From positions 32,001 to 96,000 of the forward strand of contig JBFMCP010000005.1 in assembly GCA_040754455.1 (NCBI GenBank): 64,000 nucleotides of DNA. Reading direction: 5' to 3'. The stretch is from Nitrospirota bacterium. Its GTDB lineage: Bacteria > Nitrospirota > Thermodesulfovibrionia > Thermodesulfovibrionales > Dissulfurispiraceae. The translations under genes were made by a program, and so were the position numbers. A model generated the notes under the pieces. It was not told the DNA's origin, did no database searches, and saw nothing but the letters and a program-made list of their open reading frames with translations. Numbering within the stretch: position 1 is the stretch's first letter; every line of letters starts with the position of its first letter. Shown here piece by piece: positions 39,359 to 48,885 of the stretch.

Positions 39359-41332
39359 GTGAGTGCAGCAACAGCAGCAAAAAAACAGTCCACCCTTCTC
39401 GAAAAAATTGCTCTCCTCGGCAATCCGAATGTAGGGAAGAGTGTGATATTCGGTTTACTTACTGGCAAATACGTCACCGTCTCCAACTACCCCGGCACCA
39501 CGGTGGAAATAACCCAGGGGAACATCTCGCTCAACGGCAAACGGCTGGTGCTCATAGACACGCCCGGCGTAAACAGCCTCATCCCCATGAGCGAGGATGA
39601 AAAAGTGACCCGGGACATCCTTCTGCACCAGTCGCCCTCTGCCGTCGTGCAGGTCGGTGATGCAAAAAACCTGAAAAGAACCCTGCTCATCACGCTCCAG
39701 CTTGCCGAAATGGACATCCCCGTGCTCCTCGATCTGAATATGATTGATGAGGCCATGGACAGGGGAATCACGATCGACACCGAAAAACTCAAGCACCTCC
39801 TCGGCATCGATGTCGTCACGACCATAGCTCCCCAGCGGAAAGGAATAAAGGAGCTCAAGGAGGCCATGCTCTCTCCCAAACGACCTTCGATCCGGATACG
39901 CTATGCCCCGATTGTCGAGGAGTACATCGAAAAAATTGCCGCCCTCCTCCCTGTAGTCCCTATTTCAAAGCGCTCTCTCGCGCTCATGATCCTCGCGGAA
40001 GATGAGAGCCTCAGAGATTGGCTCAAGGCGAATCTCAAGGAAAATGTCCTCCTCGAGATCGAACAGCTGCGTGATGAATGCAAACTGCACATGAGGGAGT
40101 CGATCGGCTATCTCATCAATAAAACACGTTTCGAGGCAGCTGAAGAAATCGCCGCTGCCTGTATGATGAAAGCAGGCGCACAGGGAGGAAAACTCCTCAA
40201 CGTCATCGGCAAATACAGCATGCATCCTGTCTATGGCATCCCGATCCTGCTTGCAGTGCTCTATGCGATCTATCAGTTCGTCGGCGTCTTCGGTGCGGGG
40301 ACTTTGGTCGATTTCGTTGAAGAGACTATTTTCAACGGCTATATCAATCCCATGCTCACCAAGGTTGTCCATCTCCTTATCCCTGTTCCGATTATACAGG
40401 AGCTGCTCGTCGGCGAATACGGTCTCATCACGGTGGCGCTCACCTATGCTATTGCGATCATTCTTCCTATTACGGCAACGTTCTTCATCGCTTTTTCGAT
40501 TCTTGAGGACAGCGGCTATCTCCCGCGGCTGGCGATCATGAGCAACAGGGTATTCAATATCATGGGACTGAACGGCAAGGCCGTCCTGCCGATGATTTTG
40601 GGACTCGGCTGCGGCACCATGGCGGTGATGACCTCGCGAATACTCGAAACCACGAGAGACAGAGTCATTACTACATTCCTCCTTGCCCTCGCCATTCCCT
40701 GCTCTGCACAACTGGGAGTGATCCTCGGCATACTCGGCGCACTGTCGCTCAAGGCCGCTGTCATATGGACTGCGAGCATCATTATCATTCTTCTGATCTC
40801 CGGATTCCTCGCTTCAAAAATCGTGAAGGGGGAGAGGACGGAGTTTTTTCTCGAGATACCCCCTATCAGAATGCCTAACGTAACCAATATCCTGGTCAAG
40901 ACCGTCGGAAGAATCGAATGGTATCTGAAAGAGGCGGTCCCCCTCTTTATTTTGGGGACGCTCATCCTCTTTTTGCTGCATAAGTTGAATCTCCTCGCTG
41001 TTCTCGAGAGGATCACCTCGCCGGCCGTCGTCGGTCTCCTCGATCTGCCTCCAAAAACTGCCGAATCTTTCATCCTCGGATTTCTCCGGAGGGACTACGG
41101 TGCAGCTGGCCTCTTCAAGATGGCGCAGGAAGGAGAACTGACTGCAGTACAGTCGATCGTGAGTCTCGTAACGATAACGCTCTTTATTCCCTGCCTCGCC
41201 AACTTCTTCATGATCATCAAAGAGCGTGGGCTGAAGACAACGCTCTGGGTTGTAGGAATCGTCTTTCCCACGGCGTTTCTGTTCGGCGGACTGCTGAACT
41301 GGGCGCTCCGGTACTTTAATGTTGCGCTTTAA
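39359..41332 (+). CDS. feoB: Ferrous iron transporter FeoB (copy 1)
   Basis: GNPNVGKS, NYPGTTVE, DTPG, LEDSGYLPR, GLGC and IPCSAQL. Confidence 0.93.
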   Translation: MSAATAAKKQSTLLEKIALLGNPNVGKSVIFGLLTGKYVTVSNYPGTTVEITQGNISLNGKRLVLIDTPGVNSLIPMSEDEKVTRDILLHQSPSAVVQVGDAKNLKRTLLITLQLAEMDIPVLLDLNMIDEAMDRGITIDTEKLKHLLGIDVVTTIAPQRKGIKELKEAMLSPKRPSIRIRYAPIVEEYIEKIAALLPVVPISKRSLALMILAEDESLRDWLKANLKENVLLEIEQLRDECKLHMRESIGYLINKTRFEAAEEIAAACMMKAGAQGGKLLNVIGKYSMHPVYGIPILLAVLYAIYQFVGVFGAGTLVDFVEETIFNGYINPMLTKVVHLLIPVPIIQELLVGEYGLITVALTYAIAIILPITATFFIAFSILEDSGYLPRLAIMSNRVFNIMGLNGKAVLPMILGLGCGTMAVMTSRILETTRDRVITTFLLALAIPCSAQLGVILGILGALSLKAAVIWTASIIIILLISGFLASKIVKGERTEFFLEIPPIRMPNVTNILVKTVGRIEWYLKEAVPLFILGTLILFLLHKLNLLAVLERITSPAVVGLLDLPPKTAESFILGFLRRDYGAAGLFKMAQEGELTAVQSIVSLVTITLFIPCLANFFMIIKERGLKTTLWVVGIVFPTAFLFGGLLNWALRYFNVAL

Positions 41333-41351
41333 CGCGATGAGGTGATCCACC

Positions 41352-41774
41352 ATGGCAAAAGAAAAGTTCAAAGAGTTCCTCTGCACAAAAGGGCTCAAAT
41401 CAACGAAAGAGCGTGATGAAATCATCAATGAAATAATGGGCATGAAAGGGCATTTTGATCCCGATGAACTCTTCACCAAATTGAAGACAAAGGGATCAAA
41501 AGTCTCCCGGGCTTCCGTATATCGGACCATCCCACTGCTCGTCGAATGCGGGCTTATAGAACAAGTGGAAAGAACCGATAAGCACGCCCATTATGAAATC
41601 GTCTCGGGCAAATCGCATCACGACCATATGATCTGCCTCAAATGCGGTAAAGTCATAGAATTCTATTCCCCTACTCTCGAGATGCTGCAGGACGAGCTGT
41701 GTCACAAGGAGAAATTCAAAAAGGTGCGGCATAACCTCGAGATCTTTGGCTACTGCAGCAAGTGCGGCGGGTAA
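41352..41774 (+). CDS. fur: Fur family transcriptional regulator
   Basis: SRASVYRTI, HHDHMICLKCG and GYCSKC. Confidence 0.88.
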   Translation: MAKEKFKEFLCTKGLKSTKERDEIINEIMGMKGHFDPDELFTKLKTKGSKVSRASVYRTIPLLVECGLIEQVERTDKHAHYEIVSGKSHHDHMICLKCGKVIEFYSPTLEMLQDELCHKEKFKKVRHNLEIFGYCSKCGG

Positions 41775-41821
41775 TCATAACTCGCGATGAAAGGCCTCAC
41801 AAATCATAACATCTGTCATCC

Positions 41822-41953
41822 TCAATCCTTTTTGTGGCACATCCCAGAATCACATCCCTGACAATACCCTTTTTTCTTCCATACCGCGCGGTAGAGGAGA
41901 TACACCGCGCCGCTCAAAATCACTACCATCCATATGATATCCGCAAAACTCAT
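41822..41953 (-). CDS. FeoB-associated Cys-rich small membrane protein
   Basis: 43 aa; TM followed by KKKGYCQGCDSGMCH; downstream of feoB; GGAGG SD. Confidence 0.8.
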   Translation of the reverse strand: MSFADIIWMVVILSGAVYLLYRAVWKKKGYCQGCDSGMCHKKD

Positions 41954-42061
41954 GATGACCTCCTTTAGACTTAAATTGTGAAGCGCCAGAGCAAGGCATT
42001 TTGGGGGAAGGTAGCCTTTACCCCGGATCTTCACACTCGATAACGCACTTGGCTTGTAACG

Positions 42062-44320
42062 CTATCCGAGTCCTATAAACTTTCCGCCTTGATAAATTGC
42101 AAACGCCACCACCCATGCAAGCACCATCTGGTAGGCAAAGGCGATGCCGAACCACTTCCAGGTGCCGAATTCATGCCGCATGGCGACGGCCACCACAACG
42201 CACGGCATGTAGAGGAGGACGTAAACAATAAACGCGTATGCCGAGAGAGGGGTAAACTGATTCTTGATAGCGTTCCTCAGCGATGCACGCTCCTCTGTTT
42301 CCTCCGTTGATTCCTCGGCAGACATGCTCGAAACGCCGAACGCCGAAAAGACATTATTGAACGAGTCCGTTACCGCGCTGCCAAAGGAAGTCCCGATCTC
42401 TTTCAGGTCTTCCGTGAGTGTGGGAGCCGGTCCCTTCTCTTCCTCTGCACCCTTGGGAGCATATATCTCGCCCATAGTTCCCACGACAATCTCTTTCGCG
42501 ATCAGGCCCGAAATCAGTGATGATGACGCTTCCCAGTTTCCGAAGCCGAGCGGCTCAAAGATCGGAGCGATCACCTGGCCTGCCTTGCCGAGGTAGGAGT
42601 CCTTCTTATGCTCAACGCCCCAGGGCAGATTGAGGAGGAACCATACCATGATGGAGACTGCAAGGATATACGTTCCGGCCTTGATGAGAAAGTGCTTTCC
42701 CTTCTCCCATGTGTGTATCATGAGACTCTTGAAAGATGGCATCCGGTACGGCGGAAGCTCCATAATAAACATCGGCGATTCGCCCTTAAAAAGAGTTCTC
42801 TTGAAGGCAATGCCCATTACTACTGCCAGCACGATACCCATCACATACAACGACCAGAGGACCGTTCCCGCATTCGAGGTAAAAAATGCTCCGATGAAGA
42901 CGACGTATACCGGCAGACGCGCACCGCAGGACATCAGGGGTATCAATAATGCGGTGAGCGCCTTATCCCTGGGGTTTTCGAGTGTTCTCGTTGCGTAGAT
43001 AGCAGGCACATTGCAGCCGAAGCCGAGCAGCATCGGGATGAATGATTTGCCGTGGAGCCCTATGGTGTGCATTGCCCTATCCATCACGAAAGCGGCTCGT
43101 GCCATATACCCGCTTCCCTCGAGAAAGGTAATAAAAAACATCATGGCGAAAATCACCGGGACAAAAACGAGCACCGAGCCGACACCGGCAATAATTCCCT
43201 CGGTCACGAGTGAGGCCACCCATGCAGGCGCATTGATAAATCCGATGGCTGCTGCTATCCACCGTTTGAAAGGCCCCGATGTCATACTATCGAGCCAGTC
43301 GGCAAAGGGTGATGACATATCAAAGGTAAGCTTGAACACCAGCCACATTGCGACGAGAAAAATGGGAATGCCCAGAAACCGGTTGAGCACTATTTTATCG
43401 ATCTGCTCGGTGAGCTCCATTTTTCTGATATCAGGCTTTTTCATGACCTCATGGGTCAGGCCCGATGCTCTCGCATAACGCTCATCGGCCATCAGGGATT
43501 CGATATCTTCTCCATGCGCCTCTTTCAAATGCGCCAATGCTTCAGCAAGGAAACCGTTGCTCAGGACTCCGGTCTCCTGCAGTACATGGCTGTCCCCCTC
43601 CATAAACTTGAAGGCAAGCCATCTGTTCGGATACTTTGTTGTAAGATGAGGATACATCTGCTGCAATATATCCTCCACGCGCTCTGCAGCGGATTCGATG
43701 TCGCTGCCGTAGCTGAGCTGTTTCGGCTGGTGAGAGGATGGTCGTTCGGCACAGGCAATTGCTGCCGTTATCAGCTCTTTCAAGCCGACCTTTCTCGTCG
43801 CGACCGTCGGAATGATCGTGGCACCGAGCATCTGCTCCATAGCATTCACATCGATCTTGTACCCCTTTTTTTCGGCCTCGTCATAGATATTCAATGCCAA
43901 AACAATCGGTATGCCGAGCTCCATGAGTTGCACCGTGAGGTAGAGATTTCTCTCGAGGTTGGTGGCATCGACCACATTGATAATGACATCAGGCCTCTCA
44001 CGGACGAGATAATCTCTTGCAACAACCTCTTCTTGGGTATACGGGCTTAGGCTGTAGGTGCCGGGCAAGTCGACCAGTTTGATCTTTGTGCCCTCGTGGT
44101 CGAAAAGCGCCTTTTTCTTTTCTACAGTAACGCCCGGCCAGTTGCCCACCTGAAGGCGCGTGCCAGCGATGGCATTGATAAGCGTAGATTTGCCGGAATT
44201 GGGATTACCCGCGACAGCAATGGTAATAAATCCGCGCCGGGTGTCGCGCGTCGTGTGCCCGGCGATTGACGCCCGACGCTCAGCGGATCCAAAATCCTGG
44301 CTCCTGACTCCTGTGCTCAT
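42062..44320 (-). CDS. feoB: Ferrous iron transporter FeoB (copy 2)
   Basis: GNPNSGKS, GNWPGVTVE, DLPGTYSL, GFGCNVP, MSCGARLP and YMPC. Confidence 0.95.
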   Translation of the reverse strand: MSTGVRSQDFGSAERRASIAGHTTRDTRRGFITIAVAGNPNSGKSTLINAIAGTRLQVGNWPGVTVEKKKALFDHEGTKIKLVDLPGTYSLSPYTQEEVVARDYLVRERPDVIINVVDATNLERNLYLTVQLMELGIPIVLALNIYDEAEKKGYKIDVNAMEQMLGATIIPTVATRKVGLKELITAAIACAERPSSHQPKQLSYGSDIESAAERVEDILQQMYPHLTTKYPNRWLAFKFMEGDSHVLQETGVLSNGFLAEALAHLKEAHGEDIESLMADERYARASGLTHEVMKKPDIRKMELTEQIDKIVLNRFLGIPIFLVAMWLVFKLTFDMSSPFADWLDSMTSGPFKRWIAAAIGFINAPAWVASLVTEGIIAGVGSVLVFVPVIFAMMFFITFLEGSGYMARAAFVMDRAMHTIGLHGKSFIPMLLGFGCNVPAIYATRTLENPRDKALTALLIPLMSCGARLPVYVVFIGAFFTSNAGTVLWSLYVMGIVLAVVMGIAFKRTLFKGESPMFIMELPPYRMPSFKSLMIHTWEKGKHFLIKAGTYILAVSIMVWFLLNLPWGVEHKKDSYLGKAGQVIAPIFEPLGFGNWEASSSLISGLIAKEIVVGTMGEIYAPKGAEEEKGPAPTLTEDLKEIGTSFGSAVTDSFNNVFSAFGVSSMSAEESTEETEERASLRNAIKNQFTPLSAYAFIVYVLLYMPCVVVAVAMRHEFGTWKWFGIAFAYQMVLAWVVAFAIYQGGKFIGLG

Positions 44321-44544
44321 CCCGTCACCTCCACCGCTATTCCTTCCGCCTCTTTTTTCCTGAGAGAGAGCTTATAGTTTTTGATAGTCACTTCGATGGG
44401 GTCGCCGAGCGGCGCCACTTTTTCCACCTTTACAGCCTCGCCGACCAGCACCCCCATGTCCATCAGCCGCCTCTTTAATGGACCGGTTACTCCTATATTG
44501 GTGATTTTCCCGCTCTCTCCTGGTTTCAGTTTTGCGAGGTTCAT
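44317..44544 (-). CDS. feoA: FeoA
   Basis: RRLMDMG...APLGDPIE...LSLRKKEA. Confidence 0.95.
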   Translation of the reverse strand: MNLAKLKPGESGKITNIGVTGPLKRRLMDMGVLVGEAVKVEKVAPLGDPIEVTIKNYKLSLRKKEAEGIAVEVTG

Positions 44545-44816
44545 TATTGTTGTCTCCTTACCATGACCTTCATCGCCATTCCTCGGCCTATCGCGATTCT
44601 TGTCTCATCGATTTTTACCAACAGCGCGCCTCTGCCTTCGTTGCTCAGCATTTCGACAATTTTGCCGGCGCGCAGCCCCATATCCTCTACCCTGCAGGTC
44701 GAGCCGCATGCCCCTGTTGCGCCTTTCGTAGCGCAGCATTGATGAATCTGGGTTGCTCCGCGGATTTCCATCACCTCAGCCATTTCACCTGTACTTAAAA
44801 GTCCCAACGGCATCAT
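44544..44816 (-). CDS. feoA: FeoA family protein with a Cys/His-rich insertion
   Basis: MMPLGLL...RVEDMGLRAG...RIAIGRGMAMKVMV; insert QIHQCCATKGATGACGSTC. Confidence 0.85.
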   Translation of the reverse strand: MMPLGLLSTGEMAEVMEIRGATQIHQCCATKGATGACGSTCRVEDMGLRAGKIVEMLSNEGRGALLVKIDETRIAIGRGMAMKVMVRRQQ

Positions 44817-44830
44817 AGTGTCTCCTCCTT

Positions 44831-45601
44831 TTAGAACCGCCATGCCATGCCTGCAAGAAACGTGTAGTCGGTTTCGGGCTTGTTAAGAGCTCCCTTAATG
44901 CCAACATCGATGTCAAGGTTTTCATTTATCGAATAAATAACGCCACCCAGAACAAAGGCGGGATGATCATTCGATGCTTTGTCTCCGTTCCGCTCGATCC
45001 CGATATTGGCAACGGCCCTGAGATTCTTAATGACCTCGACCTCCGATGCAATGGATGCGTGCCATAAATCCTTCCGCTCATCGGCCTTATTTTCATTTCG
45101 AATATAGCCCAGATTGAGATGGAATGCCCAGGGCTCAAGCTCTTTTGTAGAAATAAAGAACAGGCTGGAGGTAGCTCTTCCCGTTCCCAACCCATCTTCA
45201 TCATCTCCTGTCGGCAGGGTAGTGCCGGGCTTCAGCGCAAAGCCTAATCCGTCTTTTTCGTAAAATCTCCACTTTACTTCGAGGGATATATCCGAAATAC
45301 CGTCAACCGATGTCGTCACACCGTCCTCTTTCGTCCGTATCCACTGATAAGGAACTACGAGCACGACATCAACATTGTCCACAATGCCGTAAGAAAGTAT
45401 GGTCGACAGTTCGCTCATTCTCTCTTTTGTTGTGATACCGTCTTCTTTTTCTTTGTCGTAGCTGAACTCACTGTTCACCTCAACCTGGAATTTCCCTTTG
45501 CCCATTGTGCCCGTGTCATCGGTGATCAGCGGGTGTGCGGCATAGGTCAGCGTTGTTGTTGAAAACACCATTGCCAAAGCCACTACCATCTTTTTAAGCA
45601 C
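44831..45601 (-). CDS. Outer-membrane beta-barrel 'transporter' (Phenol_MetA_deg-like)
   Basis: Signal peptide; HPLITDDTGT, DGISD..L.VKWRF and TLPTGD...GLGTG; terminal WRF. Confidence 0.8.
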   Translation of the reverse strand: MLKKMVVALAMVFSTTTLTYAAHPLITDDTGTMGKGKFQVEVNSEFSYDKEKEDGITTKERMSELSTILSYGIVDNVDVVLVVPYQWIRTKEDGVTTSVDGISDISLEVKWRFYEKDGLGFALKPGTTLPTGDDEDGLGTGRATSSLFFISTKELEPWAFHLNLGYIRNENKADERKDLWHASIASEVEVIKNLRAVANIGIERNGDKASNDHPAFVLGGVIYSINENLDIDVGIKGALNKPETDYTFLAGMAWRF

Positions 45602-45899
45602 CTCTTACTCCTCCTTTTTGTTTTTCAATACAACTTAAGCAAGCCCTCAGCGTGCATACGCCGCAGGAGTGGTACATTAAGACAGGAATATTTCGAGCGT
45701 TCGCAACATCCATTGCTTCTTTTTTAATCTGGTGGGATGTTTTATTGGTAAAAATTACTACGGCATCGACATTCCTGATCCTCGAAGCCATATCAGCAGC
45801 CGACTTTGTGAAGACCCTGAGATCGATACCTCTTTTTTCCGCCTCTTCTTTATAGTGCCGTTCAAGCCTGTCCATCCCGCCGATAACCGCTACACACAT
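45594..45899 (-). CDS. DUF2325 family protein
   Basis: VAVIGGMDRL..HY, DAVVIFTNKTSH and HSCGVCTL; commonly found near feo genes. Confidence 0.8.
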   Translation of the reverse strand: MCVAVIGGMDRLERHYKEEAEKRGIDLRVFTKSAADMASRIRNVDAVVIFTNKTSHQIKKEAMDVANARNIPVLMYHSCGVCTLRACLSCIEKQKGGVRGA

Positions 45900-46078
45900 G
45901 GCAACCTCCTCACGTTTCTTGCGACACTGTCTCATTATCGCGTTTTAAAAAAGCTGAACTTGCATTCAGCATGATGTCCTCGTTTAGCCTCAGCCTCTTG
46001 CCCTACGCATTGGTGAGAAACATCGTTCCATCCGGTTCACCTTTGTCAATTTCCTTTTACTGCCGTTGCAAGAGCCTT

Positions 46079-46124
46079 ACTGAGACAGCGTCTCAGTTTA
46101 AACGAACATGCCTTTTCTTGTCAA
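46079..46124 (-). promoter_or_regulatory. Promoter with an overlapping perfect dyad (candidate Fur-family box)
   Basis: TTGACA, 18 bp, TAAACT on the minus strand; ACTGAGAC-AGC-GTCTCAGT at 46079-46097; second copy TGCGACA-C-TGTCTCA at 45920-45934. Confidence 0.6.
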
Positions 46125-46231
46125 GGGATTTTTTCAATGTAATAAGTGCCTGTTTTATTTTAGTTATCGAGGAAGCTATTAAGTCCGACACATTGAACTA
46201 ATCAGAAGGATTCAACTATAATTCAACTATT

Positions 46232-46486
46232 ATGTCGAATATAGTAGTAATAACACTGTTTTCTTTTATTCTTAACATCCCATTCGGTTACTTCAGAAAA
46301 CGTTCAAGAAAGTATTCCCTGAAATGGTTCCTCTATATACACTTGCCTGTTCCGCTCGTCATTCTTGTCCGACTTGTTTCACATGCTGAATATAAATATA
46401 TTCCTCTCTTTATTGCAGCAGCGGTGGCCGGGCAATTCTGCGGGGGGAGATTAGATTTCAACAATGATTGCAAGCTATCTGATTAG
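46232..46486 (+). CDS. Small hypothetical membrane protein
   Basis: 84 aa, ~3 TM; LNIPFGYFR...KWFLYIHLPVP. Confidence 0.7.
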   Translation: MSNIVVITLFSFILNIPFGYFRKRSRKYSLKWFLYIHLPVPLVILVRLVSHAEYKYIPLFIAAAVAGQFCGGRLDFNNDCKLSD

Positions 46487-47477
46487 GCCCGGCGCTATCG
46501 AAATGCGAGAAGGCGCCACCCCCGTCCCCTCAAGAGGAGAAGTACTGGTAAGGATCAAAGCCGCCCTCACCTGCGGCACCGATCTGAAGGCATTCCTGAG
46601 AGGCCATCCCATGATTCCCATGCCCGGCGTCTTCGGCCATGAATTTTCCGGGATTGTCGAGGCGGTCGGCAAAGGTGTTACCAAATTCAATCCAGGCGAT
46701 GCAATTATGTCAGTCCACAGCGCGCCCTGCCTCTCCTGCCGATACTGCAAGAAGAAGCTCTTTAACCTCTGCGAGCATATCATGCAGACAAAAGCCATGG
46801 GCGCCTTTGCTGATTACATTCTTCTGCCCGCACATATCGTTAAGCAGAACATCTTCCATAAACCCGCTCATATCAGCTTTGAGGAGGCTGCTTTTCTCGA
46901 ACCCCTGGCATGTGTCGTCCACGGCATGCAGGGGCTGAAAATTGGAAAAGGCACGACGGCATTAGTTATAGGGACCGGTCCGATCGGCCTGCTCCACCTC
47001 CTGCTGTTGAAACGCAAGGGAGCAAGCGTCATCATAACCGGACTGGAACAGGAGCGGCTCAATGTGGCACAGCAGCTCGGCGCTGATATGATTGTAGCTC
47101 CATCGGAGCTCACCAGCGCTGTTCCCGAATATACCAATGGTATCGGTGTCGATATGGCATTCGAGTGTACGGGACAGATCGACGTTTGGGAGACATCGGT
47201 CAATTATGTACGGCGGGGGGGAACCGTTGTCCTCTTTGGGGGCGTGAAACAGGGCACGGTCGTCAGTTATGACACTTACCGGCTCCATTACGATGAGCTG
47301 ACGTTAAAAGGTGTCTTCCATTTCACGCCCCACGATGTGAGAGCTGCCTATGACCTTCTGAAAACAACGCTGAACGTTGCGCCGCTTATTACCGGCGCTC
47401 ATCCGCTCAGGGATCTTCCCCTCGCTCTTGAAAAGCTTTCGAAAGGCGAAGGGATCAAATATGCCATAATCCCCTAG
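46464..47477 (+). CDS. Zn-dependent (sorbitol/L-iditol-type) dehydrogenase
   Basis: CGTD, GHE, CxxCxxC..C, EPLACV and GTGPIG. Confidence 0.9.
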   Translation: MIASYLIRPGAIEMREGATPVPSRGEVLVRIKAALTCGTDLKAFLRGHPMIPMPGVFGHEFSGIVEAVGKGVTKFNPGDAIMSVHSAPCLSCRYCKKKLFNLCEHIMQTKAMGAFADYILLPAHIVKQNIFHKPAHISFEEAAFLEPLACVVHGMQGLKIGKGTTALVIGTGPIGLLHLLLLKRKGASVIITGLEQERLNVAQQLGADMIVAPSELTSAVPEYTNGIGVDMAFECTGQIDVWETSVNYVRRGGTVVLFGGVKQGTVVSYDTYRLHYDELTLKGVFHFTPHDVRAAYDLLKTTLNVAPLITGAHPLRDLPLALEKLSKGEGIKYAIIP

Positions 47478-47798
47478 ATTCGGCCAACGCCTGAGGTCAC
47501 AGGGAGGTGGGGCAGTTCCCCGCCGGTCCTATGAAGTGAAATGTTATGTGCTTCGGATATCGCCGCAGATTATCAATAGCCATCCATCAGGACTGCAAAG
47601 AAGAAACCGCGAATTGTCATATTTTCTTAAAATTGCCTAAAAGCACATTCGAAGAATTTTTAAACAGAAATTGTTGTAAAATCAATCGCATAACATTTTC
47701 ATATTTTGTGTTTTGTGATATTATGGATACAAAATGAGATAGTGTAACATGGCAAACACGCCCCGGAGTCCACTGGATGCACTTTATGGAGAGAGCAA

Positions 47799-48857
47799 AT
47801 GAAAGCCGCTAAACTCTACAGCTTCACCGATATACGTATCGAGGAGATACCCATCCCAGAAGTCGGCCCGCGCGATGTATTGATCAAAACAAAGGCCTGC
47901 GGCATCTGCTCCGGCGATGTGATGCCCTGGTATATCGAAAAAAAGGCGCCTCTCGTCCTCGGCCATGAACCGGCTGGCGAGATCGTCGAGCTCGGCAAGG
48001 AACTTCTTCAGCCGCCAGCCGCCAGCCGTCAGCCATCAGCCTTTAACATAGGCGATCGGGTCTTCGTGCACCACCACGCGCCGTGTATGGCCTGTCTCTG
48101 CTGCGAGCGGGGCGACCATGTGCAGTGCGAGACCTGGCGCACCACAAAGATCGTTCCCGGCGGCATTGCCGACTATATCCTCATTCCTGAGATGAATCTG
48201 AAGCATGACACCTTAAAGCTTCCGGATGGCATGAGCTATGAAGACGGCACGCTCGTCGAGCCCACTGCCTGCGTCGTCAAATCACTGCGGCGTGCGGCTG
48301 TCAAAAGAGGAGATACGATGCTCGTCATCGGACTGGGCGTCATGGGACAGATGCATGTGCTCCTTGCAAAGGAATTCGGAGCAAAGACGGTCATCGGCGC
48401 CGATATGATTCCTTTCAGGCTGAACAAGGCGCTGGAGTTCGGTGCGGATCATGTCATTGATGTAGCGAAAGCAGACCTCCTCGATGAGGTCAAACAGCTC
48501 ACGTCGGGGAGAATGGCGGATATCGTCATCGTCGGTCCGAACAGCGCAGCAGCAATGCAACAGGGTATCTACGCGGCTGCGGCGGGAGGAACGGTCGTGT
48601 TTTTCACCCCTGCAAAACCGGACGAGACGCTGACGCTCGATCCCAACTATCTCTACTTCAAGGACATCAGCATTGTCACGAGCTATTCCTGCGGCCCTGA
48701 TGATACCAAGGAGGCACTACGACTTATCAACAAGGGACTTGTTACGGCAGAAAAACTCGTGACGCACCGGTTCGGCATCAATGAAACAGCACAGGCCTAC
48801 AAAATAACCGCCGAAGCGCGGGACTCCCTGAAATGCCTCGTCACCTTCGGCGGCTAA
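47799..48857 (+). CDS. Zn-dependent (sorbitol/L-iditol-type) dehydrogenase, second paralog
   Basis: CGICSGD, GHE, HHAPCMACLCC..C, EPTACV and GLGVMG. Confidence 0.9.
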   Translation: MKAAKLYSFTDIRIEEIPIPEVGPRDVLIKTKACGICSGDVMPWYIEKKAPLVLGHEPAGEIVELGKELLQPPAASRQPSAFNIGDRVFVHHHAPCMACLCCERGDHVQCETWRTTKIVPGGIADYILIPEMNLKHDTLKLPDGMSYEDGTLVEPTACVVKSLRRAAVKRGDTMLVIGLGVMGQMHVLLAKEFGAKTVIGADMIPFRLNKALEFGADHVIDVAKADLLDEVKQLTSGRMADIVIVGPNSAAAMQQGIYAAAAGGTVVFFTPAKPDETLTLDPNYLYFKDISIVTSYSCGPDDTKEALRLINKGLVTAEKLVTHRFGINETAQAYKITAEARDSLKCLVTFGG

Positions 48858-48885
48858 CGATCCCGTTGATCCTTTTACGGAGCGC

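Noticed and set aside
39359..44816. Duplicate feoB as a sign of a magnetosome island
   Set aside because: No mam, mad or man genes in the window; multiple FeoBs are common in anaerobes.
45910..45972. 20-aa ORF MLNASSAFLKRDNETVSQET in the feo leader
   Set aside because: It has no compositional signal of a leader peptide and overlaps the dyad, so it is likely incidental.
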